In this document: positions 8,383 to 15,808 of the stretch, one piece after another
Position numbering within the stretch: the first letter of the stretch is position 1
Layout of the letters: each line of letters starts with the position of its first letter
Made by a program: the position numbers and the translations under genes
Source of the DNA: a virus
Lineage: Duplodnaviria; Caudoviricetes
DNA: 60,726 bases
Strand: one strand, 5' to 3'
Virus record (IMG/VR): IMGVR_UViG_3300033076_001100
Span: 1-60,726 of that record
The notes under the pieces: model-generated
What the model was told of the DNA's origin: nothing
Databases searched by the model: none
What the model saw: only the letters and a program-made list of their open reading frames with translations

Positions 8383-8979
8383 ATGATCAAATCAACCCTG
8401 GCATGCGCCCTCATGGGTGCCGCTGCTTACGCTCCGCAAACCATCACCCTGCAAGATGCGTTCAGACACATGGCGACCCGTGCGACCCGTGCGCCCCGTG
8501 CAACGCAGGTGCAGGTGCAGGCGGTGGCTCTGACCAGTTCCTACGACATCCGCACTCATTCGGTCATCACCGGGGCGCGCTTAAACGAGGAGCTGGGCGG
8601 AGTGCTGGCCGGTAAAGGCCATAAGTTCATCGCGGAGGCGCGCAAGCATGGGATCTGCCCGATCTTCCTTGCCGCCGTCGCCATGCACGAAAGCGCCAAT
8701 GGAAAGTCGGAGTTCGCCCGCCACCGTAACAACGTCTGCGGGATCTTCCGCAATGGGAAGTACCACCGCTTCACGTCCGTTGACGAGTGCATCGAGTTCA
8801 CCGCCCGCCTGCTTGCCAGCCGGATCTACGCCAAAAACCCGACGATTCAGGGGGTGCAACGCATCTACTGCCCCGTTGGTGCCAAGAATGATCCCCGTGG
8901 GCTGAACAAATATTGGCTCTCCGGGGTGATGTCCAAGATCGAGAAACTTTGGGGGCGTACCATCTACGTCTCCGCATAA
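8383..8979 (+). CDS. Glucosaminidase/lysozyme-fold cell-wall hydrolase with signal-like N-terminus
   Basis: FLAAVAMHESANGKS..RNNVCGI..FTSVDECI..IYCP. Confidence 0.75.
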   Translation: MIKSTLACALMGAAAYAPQTITLQDAFRHMATRATRAPRATQVQVQAVALTSSYDIRTHSVITGARLNEELGGVLAGKGHKFIAEARKHGICPIFLAAVAMHESANGKSEFARHRNNVCGIFRNGKYHRFTSVDECIEFTARLLASRIYAKNPTIQGVQRIYCPVGAKNDPRGLNKYWLSGVMSKIEKLWGRTIYVSA

Positions 8980-8988
8980 CAGAACGCC

Positions 8989-9234
8989 ATGAACATACCC
9001 ACCGCACAAGAGGCGCGCAAACGCCTGGAAAAGAGAAACAATGAGCAAGCAGCCGTCCAGCTTCGGTGCATAGCCGAAGATATTGAAGGGGCAATTTCAG
9101 CAGGAAAGACCAGCATCACGGGGGACGGCAGGCTTTTTCCTGCAACTGTCTCCCTGCTTAAAGAGTTGGGATACCGTTTGGAAGAGGAAACCGACCGCCG
9201 CGACGATACTTCAATATGGACCGTTAGCTGGTAA
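8989..9234 (+). CDS. Hypothetical protein
   Basis: LKELGY..TVSW C-terminus typical of small phage proteins. Confidence 0.65.
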   Translation: MNIPTAQEARKRLEKRNNEQAAVQLRCIAEDIEGAISAGKTSITGDGRLFPATVSLLKELGYRLEEETDRRDDTSIWTVSW

Positions 9235-9241
9235 ACCCCGC

Positions 9242-9280
9242 AGCCCCGCCACCCGGCAACGGATGGCGGGGCTTTCTTGT
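9242..9280 (+). terminator. Probable intrinsic terminator
   Basis: AGCCCCGCCA..TGGCGGGGCT stem followed by TTCTTG. Confidence 0.6.
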
Positions 9281-9471
9281 GCCCACGCCCAGCCCGAGTA
9301 CAGGGACGCCCGGACAGTTCAAATCCCGGCAAGCCCTGAAACCTTGGCGCTTCCAAAACCCGGCGGCCACCAGACACAAACCCGTTTCAGGCCACGAGGC
9401 AAACCGGCCCAGCCGCGCAAACGCCGCAGCCACGCCGCCCGGACAAAACAACTTTTCGAGACGATTTCATT

Positions 9472-9506
9472 TTGACAGTGTGAATTTTTACCCTACCCTG
9501 CGAATA
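9472..9506 (+). promoter_or_regulatory. Promoter/operator related to the 2606 element
   Basis: TTGACAGTGTGAATTTTTACCCT vs TTGACAGGGTGAATTTTCACCCT (21/23 identical). Confidence 0.55.
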
Positions 9507-9532
9507 TGCAAACCAGCACCCAGACAAAACCA

Positions 9533-10276
9533 ATGAAACTACCAGCTATCAAATTTGCCAAAAGCGAAAGCCTCGTGCTTCGCTGCTGCCGTGCAGACAT
9601 GACCTCGCACGGCGGATTCACATGGAAAAAGGAAGGCATCGTCGCTGCGCCCGACTGGGACGAAGATCCTCATTGCGGCAACGGGTTGCATGGATGGCTT
9701 GCTGGAGAGGGAGAATACCGTGCATGGAGAGCCTTGCCCGGTGACCTGTGGATGGTCTTGGCTGTCGAAACAAAAACCATCGTCGATCTGGGCGTCAAAG
9801 TGAAATTTCCAAAAGCCCGTGTCCTTTATGTCGGAGCGCGTGAAACCGCCGCGGCTTTGATTACAGCACATTGCCCCGGATCAGCGGTGATTTTTGGCAC
9901 GGCCACCGCTGGCGACAGTGGCACGGCCACCGCTGGCGACAGTGGCACGGCCACCGCTGGCAACTATGGCACGGCCACCGCTGGATACAGTGGCACGGCC
10001 ACCGCTGGATACAGTGGCACGGCCACCGCTGGCGACAGGGGCACGGCCACCGCTGGCGACAGTGGCACGGCCACCGCTGGCAACTATGGCACGGCCACCG
10101 CTGGCAACTATGGCACGGCCACCGCTGGCGACAGGGGCACGATTCTTTTGAAATATTGGGACGATAAAAACTCGCGGTACCGGCTGCAAATTGGGTACAT
10201 CGGTGAAAAGGGTCTCAAGCCGGGGGTGGCGTATCGCTTGGGCAAAAACAAACAGTTCATTAAGGCAAAACCATGA
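9533..10276 (+). CDS. Octapeptide-repeat protein resembling ice-nucleation repeats
   Basis: About ten GTATAG[DNY][SYR] units (24-bp repeats); N-terminal APDW..CGNGLHGW domain. Confidence 0.8.
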   Translation: MKLPAIKFAKSESLVLRCCRADMTSHGGFTWKKEGIVAAPDWDEDPHCGNGLHGWLAGEGEYRAWRALPGDLWMVLAVETKTIVDLGVKVKFPKARVLYVGARETAAALITAHCPGSAVIFGTATAGDSGTATAGDSGTATAGNYGTATAGYSGTATAGYSGTATAGDRGTATAGDSGTATAGNYGTATAGNYGTATAGDRGTILLKYWDDKNSRYRLQIGYIGEKGLKPGVAYRLGKNKQFIKAKP

Positions 10277-10458
10277 ACCCCAGCATCACAATCAAACGCA
10301 TGGAGCCGCCCAAGGGCGTCCCGTCATATCCTTGGTGGGCTTACGTGCTCAACCACAGCAAAGGCCAGTACATCGGCGAAGGCTACGCCAGCGAGGACGC
10401 CGCCCCGCCGTGCCGCCATGCTGCGCAGCAGACAGCTTGATGTGAGGAAATTCTAACC

Positions 10459-10743
10459 ATGAAACTCGACCCTGAAGTTTACCGCAACGCGGCTGAAATA
10501 CTTGAAGAAGGAAAGGACACAAGATTCTGCTGCTGGGCTCTGCTTTTTGCAGAGTTTCCAAGGCACGAAGGAACACTGATCAAAACAAAACATCTCAAAG
10601 CTTTCGCCAGAGTATTTGAACCTGAGATTCACCAAGGAATTTGGTGGGGTATACAAGATCGAGAATCCCGCATCATCGCCCTTCTGCTCATGGCCGACAT
10701 GGTCGAGAGCGAAAACAAAACCGTGCGTAAAAGCAAACCATGA
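10459..10743 (+). CDS. Hypothetical protein
   Basis: 94 aa; RIIALLLMADM. Confidence 0.6.
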   Translation: MKLDPEVYRNAAEILEEGKDTRFCCWALLFAEFPRHEGTLIKTKHLKAFARVFEPEIHQGIWWGIQDRESRIIALLLMADMVESENKTVRKSKP

Positions 10744-10943
10744 AAACATACCGAGTAACAATGCCTATTGCCGGACACATCACATTTGAAATTGAAGCTG
10801 TTTCTGAATCGGATGCTTTGGAAAAAGCATGGGGAACCGATACCGACAAAGGAGAAGTTGAATGGGAAATGCTGGAAAATTTCAATTCTGGCAATGTGTG
10901 CCATTGCCCTTCGCCTTGGGGAGCAACCGCTGAAGAAATCTGA
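10740..10943 (+). CDS. Hypothetical protein
   Basis: ATGA overlap; MKTYRV..EIEAVSESDALEKA. Confidence 0.6.
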   Translation: MKTYRVTMPIAGHITFEIEAVSESDALEKAWGTDTDKGEVEWEMLENFNSGNVCHCPSPWGATAEEI

Positions 10944-10945
10944 AC

Positions 10946-11131
10946 ATGAACTACGACCAGACCACATCAGCAATCACCCTGCCGCCCACCCGCGTCCGCC
11001 GGTCATCTGGTTATCCAGATGACCGTGTCACTGACAAGGTGAACCGGTGGCGCGCCCGCCTCGGGTGGACGCTGCCAAGAGCCAACCGCCGCAACGACAT
11101 CAACAGCCAGCCCAACATCAAGAAACCGTGA
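10946..11131 (+). CDS. Small hypothetical protein, paralog of 7186..7392
   Basis: GYPDDRVTD..W motif. Confidence 0.55.
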   Translation: MNYDQTTSAITLPPTRVRRSSGYPDDRVTDKVNRWRARLGWTLPRANRRNDINSQPNIKKP

Positions 11132-12132
11132 ACACAGAACAACAAGCCGCGCAGCTCGAACTAGCAGCCCAGATTTTGCGCACCGGGCACCCGTGGGAAT
11201 GCAGTCAGCCTAAATGGCAAAACGCTTCTCTTACATTCCTTCTTCACGAAAGAATTGAAATCCGCCCCATCCTCGCCACACCGCCCGATGGTCGCAAGCT
11301 TCATAATCCAGACAACCTGACCGCTGAGCAGGTGGGCGTTGGGTATCGGCTGACGTTGGAGGAAGAGATGGATGGTCATGAGAACGATGGCGGTGAATTA
11401 TATGACCCGAACGAAAACCAATTTATCAAAGGAGATGGCAAATGGTTCTGGTTTAAGTGTGACACCATCCGCGTCCCCCTTTCAACACCGTGGCCCGAGG
11501 CAAAGACTGATCCGTATGCCGAGCTGAAGAAGGCGCAGGAGGAAGGGAAGGTAATTCAAGTTCAAATGCATAACACATGGCAGGATACTGAAGACCCCAA
11601 TCTTCGTTGGAGTCTTCCGCCTGAATGCTACCGCATCAAACCGTGGACGATGCCCGAGCCACCGGCGGGCAAGCAGTGGCACAGGCCCGAGGCGCTGACG
11701 CAAACTGATTGGGAGACTGGGTGGAGGCCTTTGTTAACCAGTGAAATCATAAATGATTGCGACGAATATTCAACATTAGGCGGCAAATTATGGGTTCCAG
11801 CTTTTTATGCTTCTATTGGAAGTCCAATTAAAGAATTGTATAACGCATATCGCACCAAGCGCCCGCTTCCCGTCGAGAAAGAACCCGTTTGGGTGCCGCT
11901 TGGCCCGGAAGATGTGCAGCCGGGAACTGTGTTTCGTCATCATAATTGGGATAAAATGTTGTGGATACAGCCAAATAGCGTTGTTGGAGAGGGCGTTATT
12001 TGGTGTCAATTGTATAGTGATGATACGATGCTTAATGATTTTGTTATTTGGCAATCACTCATGGACGACGGTTGGCGAATCCTCCGCCCCGGACAAACCG
12101 AGTGGCAGCCGTGCCGAAAGGAGTCCAAGTGA
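11128..12132 (+). CDS. Trp-rich multi-module hypothetical protein
   Basis: GTG start overlapping previous stop; internal repeat PPDGRKLHNPDNLT / PPAGKQWHRPEALT. Confidence 0.7.
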   Translation: MNTEQQAAQLELAAQILRTGHPWECSQPKWQNASLTFLLHERIEIRPILATPPDGRKLHNPDNLTAEQVGVGYRLTLEEEMDGHENDGGELYDPNENQFIKGDGKWFWFKCDTIRVPLSTPWPEAKTDPYAELKKAQEEGKVIQVQMHNTWQDTEDPNLRWSLPPECYRIKPWTMPEPPAGKQWHRPEALTQTDWETGWRPLLTSEIINDCDEYSTLGGKLWVPAFYASIGSPIKELYNAYRTKRPLPVEKEPVWVPLGPEDVQPGTVFRHHNWDKMLWIQPNSVVGEGVIWCQLYSDDTMLNDFVIWQSLMDDGWRILRPGQTEWQPCRKESK

Positions 12133-12149
12133 GCCGGGGAAAACCGTCA

Positions 12150-12458
12150 ATGAAGAACCTGCCATGGCAGACCGCGAACTGGGATCTCACCAACGCCCAG
12201 ATAGCGGCCATCATGAACTGCCACCTCTCCACCGTCCGCAAGTACCGCATCGAGCACACCGGCTCGGGCAAACGGCCCTGTTACGTGGACTGGGACAGCG
12301 TGACGGACGACGACTGGCGCAGCAACTCCAACAAGCGCCTGGCCGAGCGGCTGGGCACCACGTTCAAACAGGTCGGGGGCTATCGCCACCGATGGGGCAA
12401 ACCAGCAGGCCCGCGCAGCCCCGGCAGCGGAAAATATGAAAGGAATAAACAAGCATGA
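12150..12458 (+). CDS. Tandem-HTH DNA-binding protein
   Basis: WDLTNAQIAAIMNCHLSTVRKYR and WRSNSNKRLAERLG. Confidence 0.65.
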   Translation: MKNLPWQTANWDLTNAQIAAIMNCHLSTVRKYRIEHTGSGKRPCYVDWDSVTDDDWRSNSNKRLAERLGTTFKQVGGYRHRWGKPAGPRSPGSGKYERNKQA

Positions 12459-12808
12459 GCGCAGCAGAAAAACCCGACTACGGCGAGCCGTGGACATACT
12501 CAGAAGGAGCCGAGTCCGACGAAGAAGGATGGTGGCACCGCTACGCAATGATCACCAATCGCTATGAGCACGTCATGTGCAAAGAACGCCAGCTTGACGA
12601 CAACCTAGTCGATGAATGGAACCGCATCGTCTCCTGCATCAACGCCTGCGCTGGCATGGACGACCCGGCGAAGGAGATTGCCGCCATGCGCGAGGCGATC
12701 AAGGCGGCGCATCTGGAACTGTCATATGCAAAAGGCAGGCATCACGGCGTCACGCTCAATCATGTCGGCTACGCCCTTGCCGCACTCGAACCCTTCATCA
12801 AGCCATGA
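12455..12808 (+). CDS. Hypothetical protein
   Basis: RIVSCINACAGM motif common in phages. Confidence 0.65.
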   Translation: MSAAEKPDYGEPWTYSEGAESDEEGWWHRYAMITNRYEHVMCKERQLDDNLVDEWNRIVSCINACAGMDDPAKEIAAMREAIKAAHLELSYAKGRHHGVTLNHVGYALAALEPFIKP

Positions 12809-12993
12809 AAGTCAAACTAACGACACCGCAACGAGAACTTCTGAGCAAGTGCAATTCATCACCTCAATACGTGGTTGATTATCATCCGCCCGCCAAAGAA
12901 CTTGTGAAAAAAGGGTTATGCGAATGGAAATCAAGAGGGTGGGGACCCCTGCTGCACATCACCGAGGAGGGGAAGAAATACATCAAGCCATGA
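12805..12993 (+). CDS. Small winged-helix-like hypothetical protein
   Basis: LTTPQRELL..LVKKGL..ITEEG; flanked by 13-bp direct repeat. Confidence 0.55.
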   Translation: MKVKLTTPQRELLSKCNSSPQYVVDYHPPAKELVKKGLCEWKSRGWGPLLHITEEGKKYIKP

Positions 12994-13520
12994 GCAAAAC
13001 ACCACGAAAACCATGCCGTTATTGCGGCCATCCTGAAGCCACGGCGCACGATTGGGAAACCATTGAGCCTGGGAAAGGCGAAGAGCTTGGTTTGTGCTGG
13101 AATGGCGAAATTTGCAGGCATGACTCCGAGGCGGCGATTGATCGGCTGCAAAAAGAACTCAACGAAGCCCACGCGCAGATTGCGGCGCTGCGGGAGGCGT
13201 TGGCCATTATCCAAGCCGCTGCCGAAACGTGTATGGACCATTGCTTCAGCGATGGCATTTTGTTTGGCACTGTGCACCACCAATCTTTTGATTCTTCTGC
13301 AATTGGTCATGCCATTTTATCCGCAAGAGCTATTCTCTCCACCCCGCCGCCGCCCGTGGTGCCGCTGGAGGATGTCAGGCCGCTGGTGGAGGCGCTGGTA
13401 AAAATTCGCCGAGAACTTCAGGGTTGTGGAGGAAACCGCTTTGATGCTTTAGCCGTGACTACTGAAGCCCTTGAGCTTCCTGTTGCTTATCAATTTCTAG
13501 CCAAGCACCCGCTGTCATGA
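12990..13520 (+). CDS. Hypothetical protein (CxxC plus coiled coil)
   Basis: ATGA overlaps at both ends. Confidence 0.6.
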   Translation: MSKTPRKPCRYCGHPEATAHDWETIEPGKGEELGLCWNGEICRHDSEAAIDRLQKELNEAHAQIAALREALAIIQAAAETCMDHCFSDGILFGTVHHQSFDSSAIGHAILSARAILSTPPPPVVPLEDVRPLVEALVKIRRELQGCGGNRFDALAVTTEALELPVAYQFLAKHPLS

Positions 13521-13708
13521 TTAAGCAACTGCCGCCAATTTGCATTCAACATCGTGATGGTTGGTGCATTCTTCGAGATCAACGCAAAACTGCATATGGA
13601 GATCAAGCCCCAACAAAATGCGGACACGTTATTACTCTGCCGTGGGGTTTGCGGCGGCAAATTCCAACGTGTCCAGAATGCCAAAAAACTAATCGAAATT
13701 TACCATGA
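13517..13708 (+). CDS. Small Cys-rich protein
   Basis: TKCG..TCPEC. Confidence 0.55.
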   Translation: MIKQLPPICIQHRDGWCILRDQRKTAYGDQAPTKCGHVITLPWGLRRQIPTCPECQKTNRNLP

Positions 13709-14078
13709 AACACACCATCGAATCCCTCCTCGAACTGTCCAAAACGCCCGAAGGCAAACAGCAGATCCGCGTGACGGTCGCGGAGTTGTGCGGGTGGACA
13801 AAATGCCGCACAACTAAAAACCCGTTGTTTGAATTTGGCCGCAAACCTGGAGGTAAATTCCCAGATTTTTATCTTCCCGACTACACCGGCAGTCTCGACG
13901 AGATGGTGGAGGCGGAGAAAATGCTTACGCATTCTGAATGTCGAATATATGAAGGATGGCTTTGAAATATTGGGAAACCGATACCGCAACATTCCCATGT
14001 GATAACCGTATTTGGCATATTTCTGCTCTCCAGCGTGCCATCGCATTCATCCTCACCAAACAAACCGACACGCCATGA
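13705..14078 (+). pseudogene. Frameshifted hypothetical gene
   Basis: ORF stops at 13965; -1 frame continues LKYW..ISALQRAIAFILT to a stop overlapping the next ATG. Confidence 0.5.
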
Positions 14079-14284
14079 ACATCGAAGAAATCAAAGCCGC
14101 TTTGCGCGAGCATAGCAGGATCAGTGAACAAAACAACGCTGAGTTCAGATCCTCCGCCCGCAACCTGTCACCCATAATGGCCAAGGTGCTGCTGATGTTT
14201 ATTGAGGATTGCGAAACATGCGGAATCGTTAGCGGTGAAGGCATGCTTAAACGTATTGAGCCGATGTGGAAAAACGCCTCTTAA
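14075..14284 (+). CDS. Hypothetical protein
   Basis: Starts MNIEEIKAAL. Confidence 0.5.
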   Translation: MNIEEIKAALREHSRISEQNNAEFRSSARNLSPIMAKVLLMFIEDCETCGIVSGEGMLKRIEPMWKNAS

Positions 14285-14328
14285 AAACCCCTTGCCAACG
14301 GATAAAGTTCAACCATCCTTTGTGCATC

Positions 14329-14625
14329 ATGTCTGAGAAAATCAAATACCCCCGTGACATCCGGTGGAAGTCCATGCACAACGAGGAGATCGCCGCCATC
14401 GTCGGCTGCCACCCCAACACTGTGCTGCGCCACCGCGCCGAGATGGGCAAGCCCAAGGCTCCGCGCAAGCCGGGCAGCGGTGCCCGCCCCAAGATCAACG
14501 AAGAGCTGATCGACCTGGACAAGACCGCCCGGTGGAACGCCGAGCAGCAGGGCGTCAACAGCCAGTGGATGTCACACCGGATGCGCGAGCTTCGCAAGAA
14601 GCTGAAAATTTCCCCGCGCCGCTAG
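14329..14625 (+). CDS. HTH DNA-binding protein, paralog of 12150..12458
   Basis: WKSMHNEEIAAIVGCHPNTVLRHR; PRKPGSG. Confidence 0.65.
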   Translation: MSEKIKYPRDIRWKSMHNEEIAAIVGCHPNTVLRHRAEMGKPKAPRKPGSGARPKINEELIDLDKTARWNAEQQGVNSQWMSHRMRELRKKLKISPRR

Positions 14626-14752
14626 GGAACCCAGATAAGCCGTGAGAGTCTTGCCAGAGGGGTTTCGTGTATTGTTCCTCTCGATAGCGATCAGCCCCCA
14701 GCCGCCTGATCTTGGCCATCCACGGAGCGGCGGGAAACCATTTCAAGCTACC

Positions 14753-15214
14753 ATGAAACTGAAAAACAACGACTGTCTGCAAACCCCACAATGGGTGTAT
14801 GAAAGTTTGGGTTGTATAGACCTTGACCCGTGCGCAGGACCAAACACTGCAATAGGCAAGGTGAATTACGCTCTCGAAAGAGGCCAGAATGGCTTAATTC
14901 TTCCGTGGGAAGGTTTTGTTTATTGCAATCCGCCGTTCTCTCAAAAACATATCTGGGCGGAAAAAATGATGGCACACGGTAATGGTATTTTGATTCTCCC
15001 TGAACGTGGAAGCGCACCGTGGTTCGGGCCGTTGGCAAAAAAACTCGGCTGGTATTTCGTCATGGGTAAGAAAATCAATTTCATCGGCGGCCCGACTTCA
15101 AATAATCTTGGCAGTGTCCTTTTCCCCTTTGGTGAGGAAGCACTTCGTCGCTTACGAAACTGCACACTCCCAGGCCACCTCGTTTTTGTTCAATCTTTTA
15201 CCCCACGGCCATGA
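14753..15214 (+). CDS. Phage DNA N6-adenine methyltransferase
   Basis: QTP, DLDPCA, NGL..PW, NPPF catalytic motif. Confidence 0.8.
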   Translation: MKLKNNDCLQTPQWVYESLGCIDLDPCAGPNTAIGKVNYALERGQNGLILPWEGFVYCNPPFSQKHIWAEKMMAHGNGILILPERGSAPWFGPLAKKLGWYFVMGKKINFIGGPTSNNLGSVLFPFGEEALRRLRNCTLPGHLVFVQSFTPRP

Positions 15215-15570
15215 ACTACCTCCACACCCTCTATCGTCGCAAGCTGGCCTCGTTGCAGGCTGCCGCGCCCCGTGCCACCCTGCGCGCTTTCCACGTCGCC
15301 GACGGCTTTGAACTTTACCTCAACGAGGCGGAGGCCGCGCACAAGGGATGCAGCATCGGCACCTTCACCAACAAGGCCGAAGACCCGGACCTCGACGCCC
15401 CGGTGTACCACCTGTTCATCCCGCTGGCCGAGATGCCCACGTTCGCGGAAAGCATCACCGGCAGTCACACACTCGCCCTGGTGGACTGCGACAGCAGCGG
15501 CAGGCATGTGGCGTATGCGTGGTTTGGACGGAAACGGGAAAAAGAACCGTCCGGCGATTTTTGGGGTTGA
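15211..15570 (+). CDS. Hypothetical protein with C-terminal DFWG
   Basis: 119 aa, ATGA overlap, GC-rich third codon positions. Confidence 0.65.
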   Translation: MNYLHTLYRRKLASLQAAAPRATLRAFHVADGFELYLNEAEAAHKGCSIGTFTNKAEDPDLDAPVYHLFIPLAEMPTFAESITGSHTLALVDCDSSGRHVAYAWFGRKREKEPSGDFWG

Positions 15571-15607
15571 CCTTTTACCTGCACCGTTTCAGCATACTGA
15601 AATCAAC

Positions 15608-15808
15608 ATGCCCCCTCGACCCAAACCGCTTGGCAGCAGGCTGCGCCTTTACCGCACGCGGCTCGGCCTAACCATACCGGAGCTGTCCCGACGCTCGGGC
15701 GTGTCGGTGGGCACCATCAGCAACGCGGAGAACAACGTGGGGGACATCCGCGTCTCGAACCTTGTCGCAATCCTCGCCGCCCTCGGGCAGCCAAACCCTT
15801 TCCAATAA
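15608..15808 (+). CDS. XRE/Cro-family HTH regulator
   Basis: LRLYRTRLGLTIPELSRRSGVSVGTISNAEN. Confidence 0.85.
   Translation: MPPRPKPLGSRLRLYRTRLGLTIPELSRRSGVSVGTISNAENNVGDIRVSNLVAILAALGQPNPFQ

Noticed and set aside
9896-10141. 24-bp repeats as a mini-CRISPR
   Set aside because: Contiguous in-frame coding repeats with only a few variable bases and no unique spacers.
13957-13965. CTT TGA as a prfB-type +1 programmed frameshift
   Set aside because: The +1 frame closes after about 12 codons. The plausible continuation is in the -1 frame, so mutation or assembly error is more likely.
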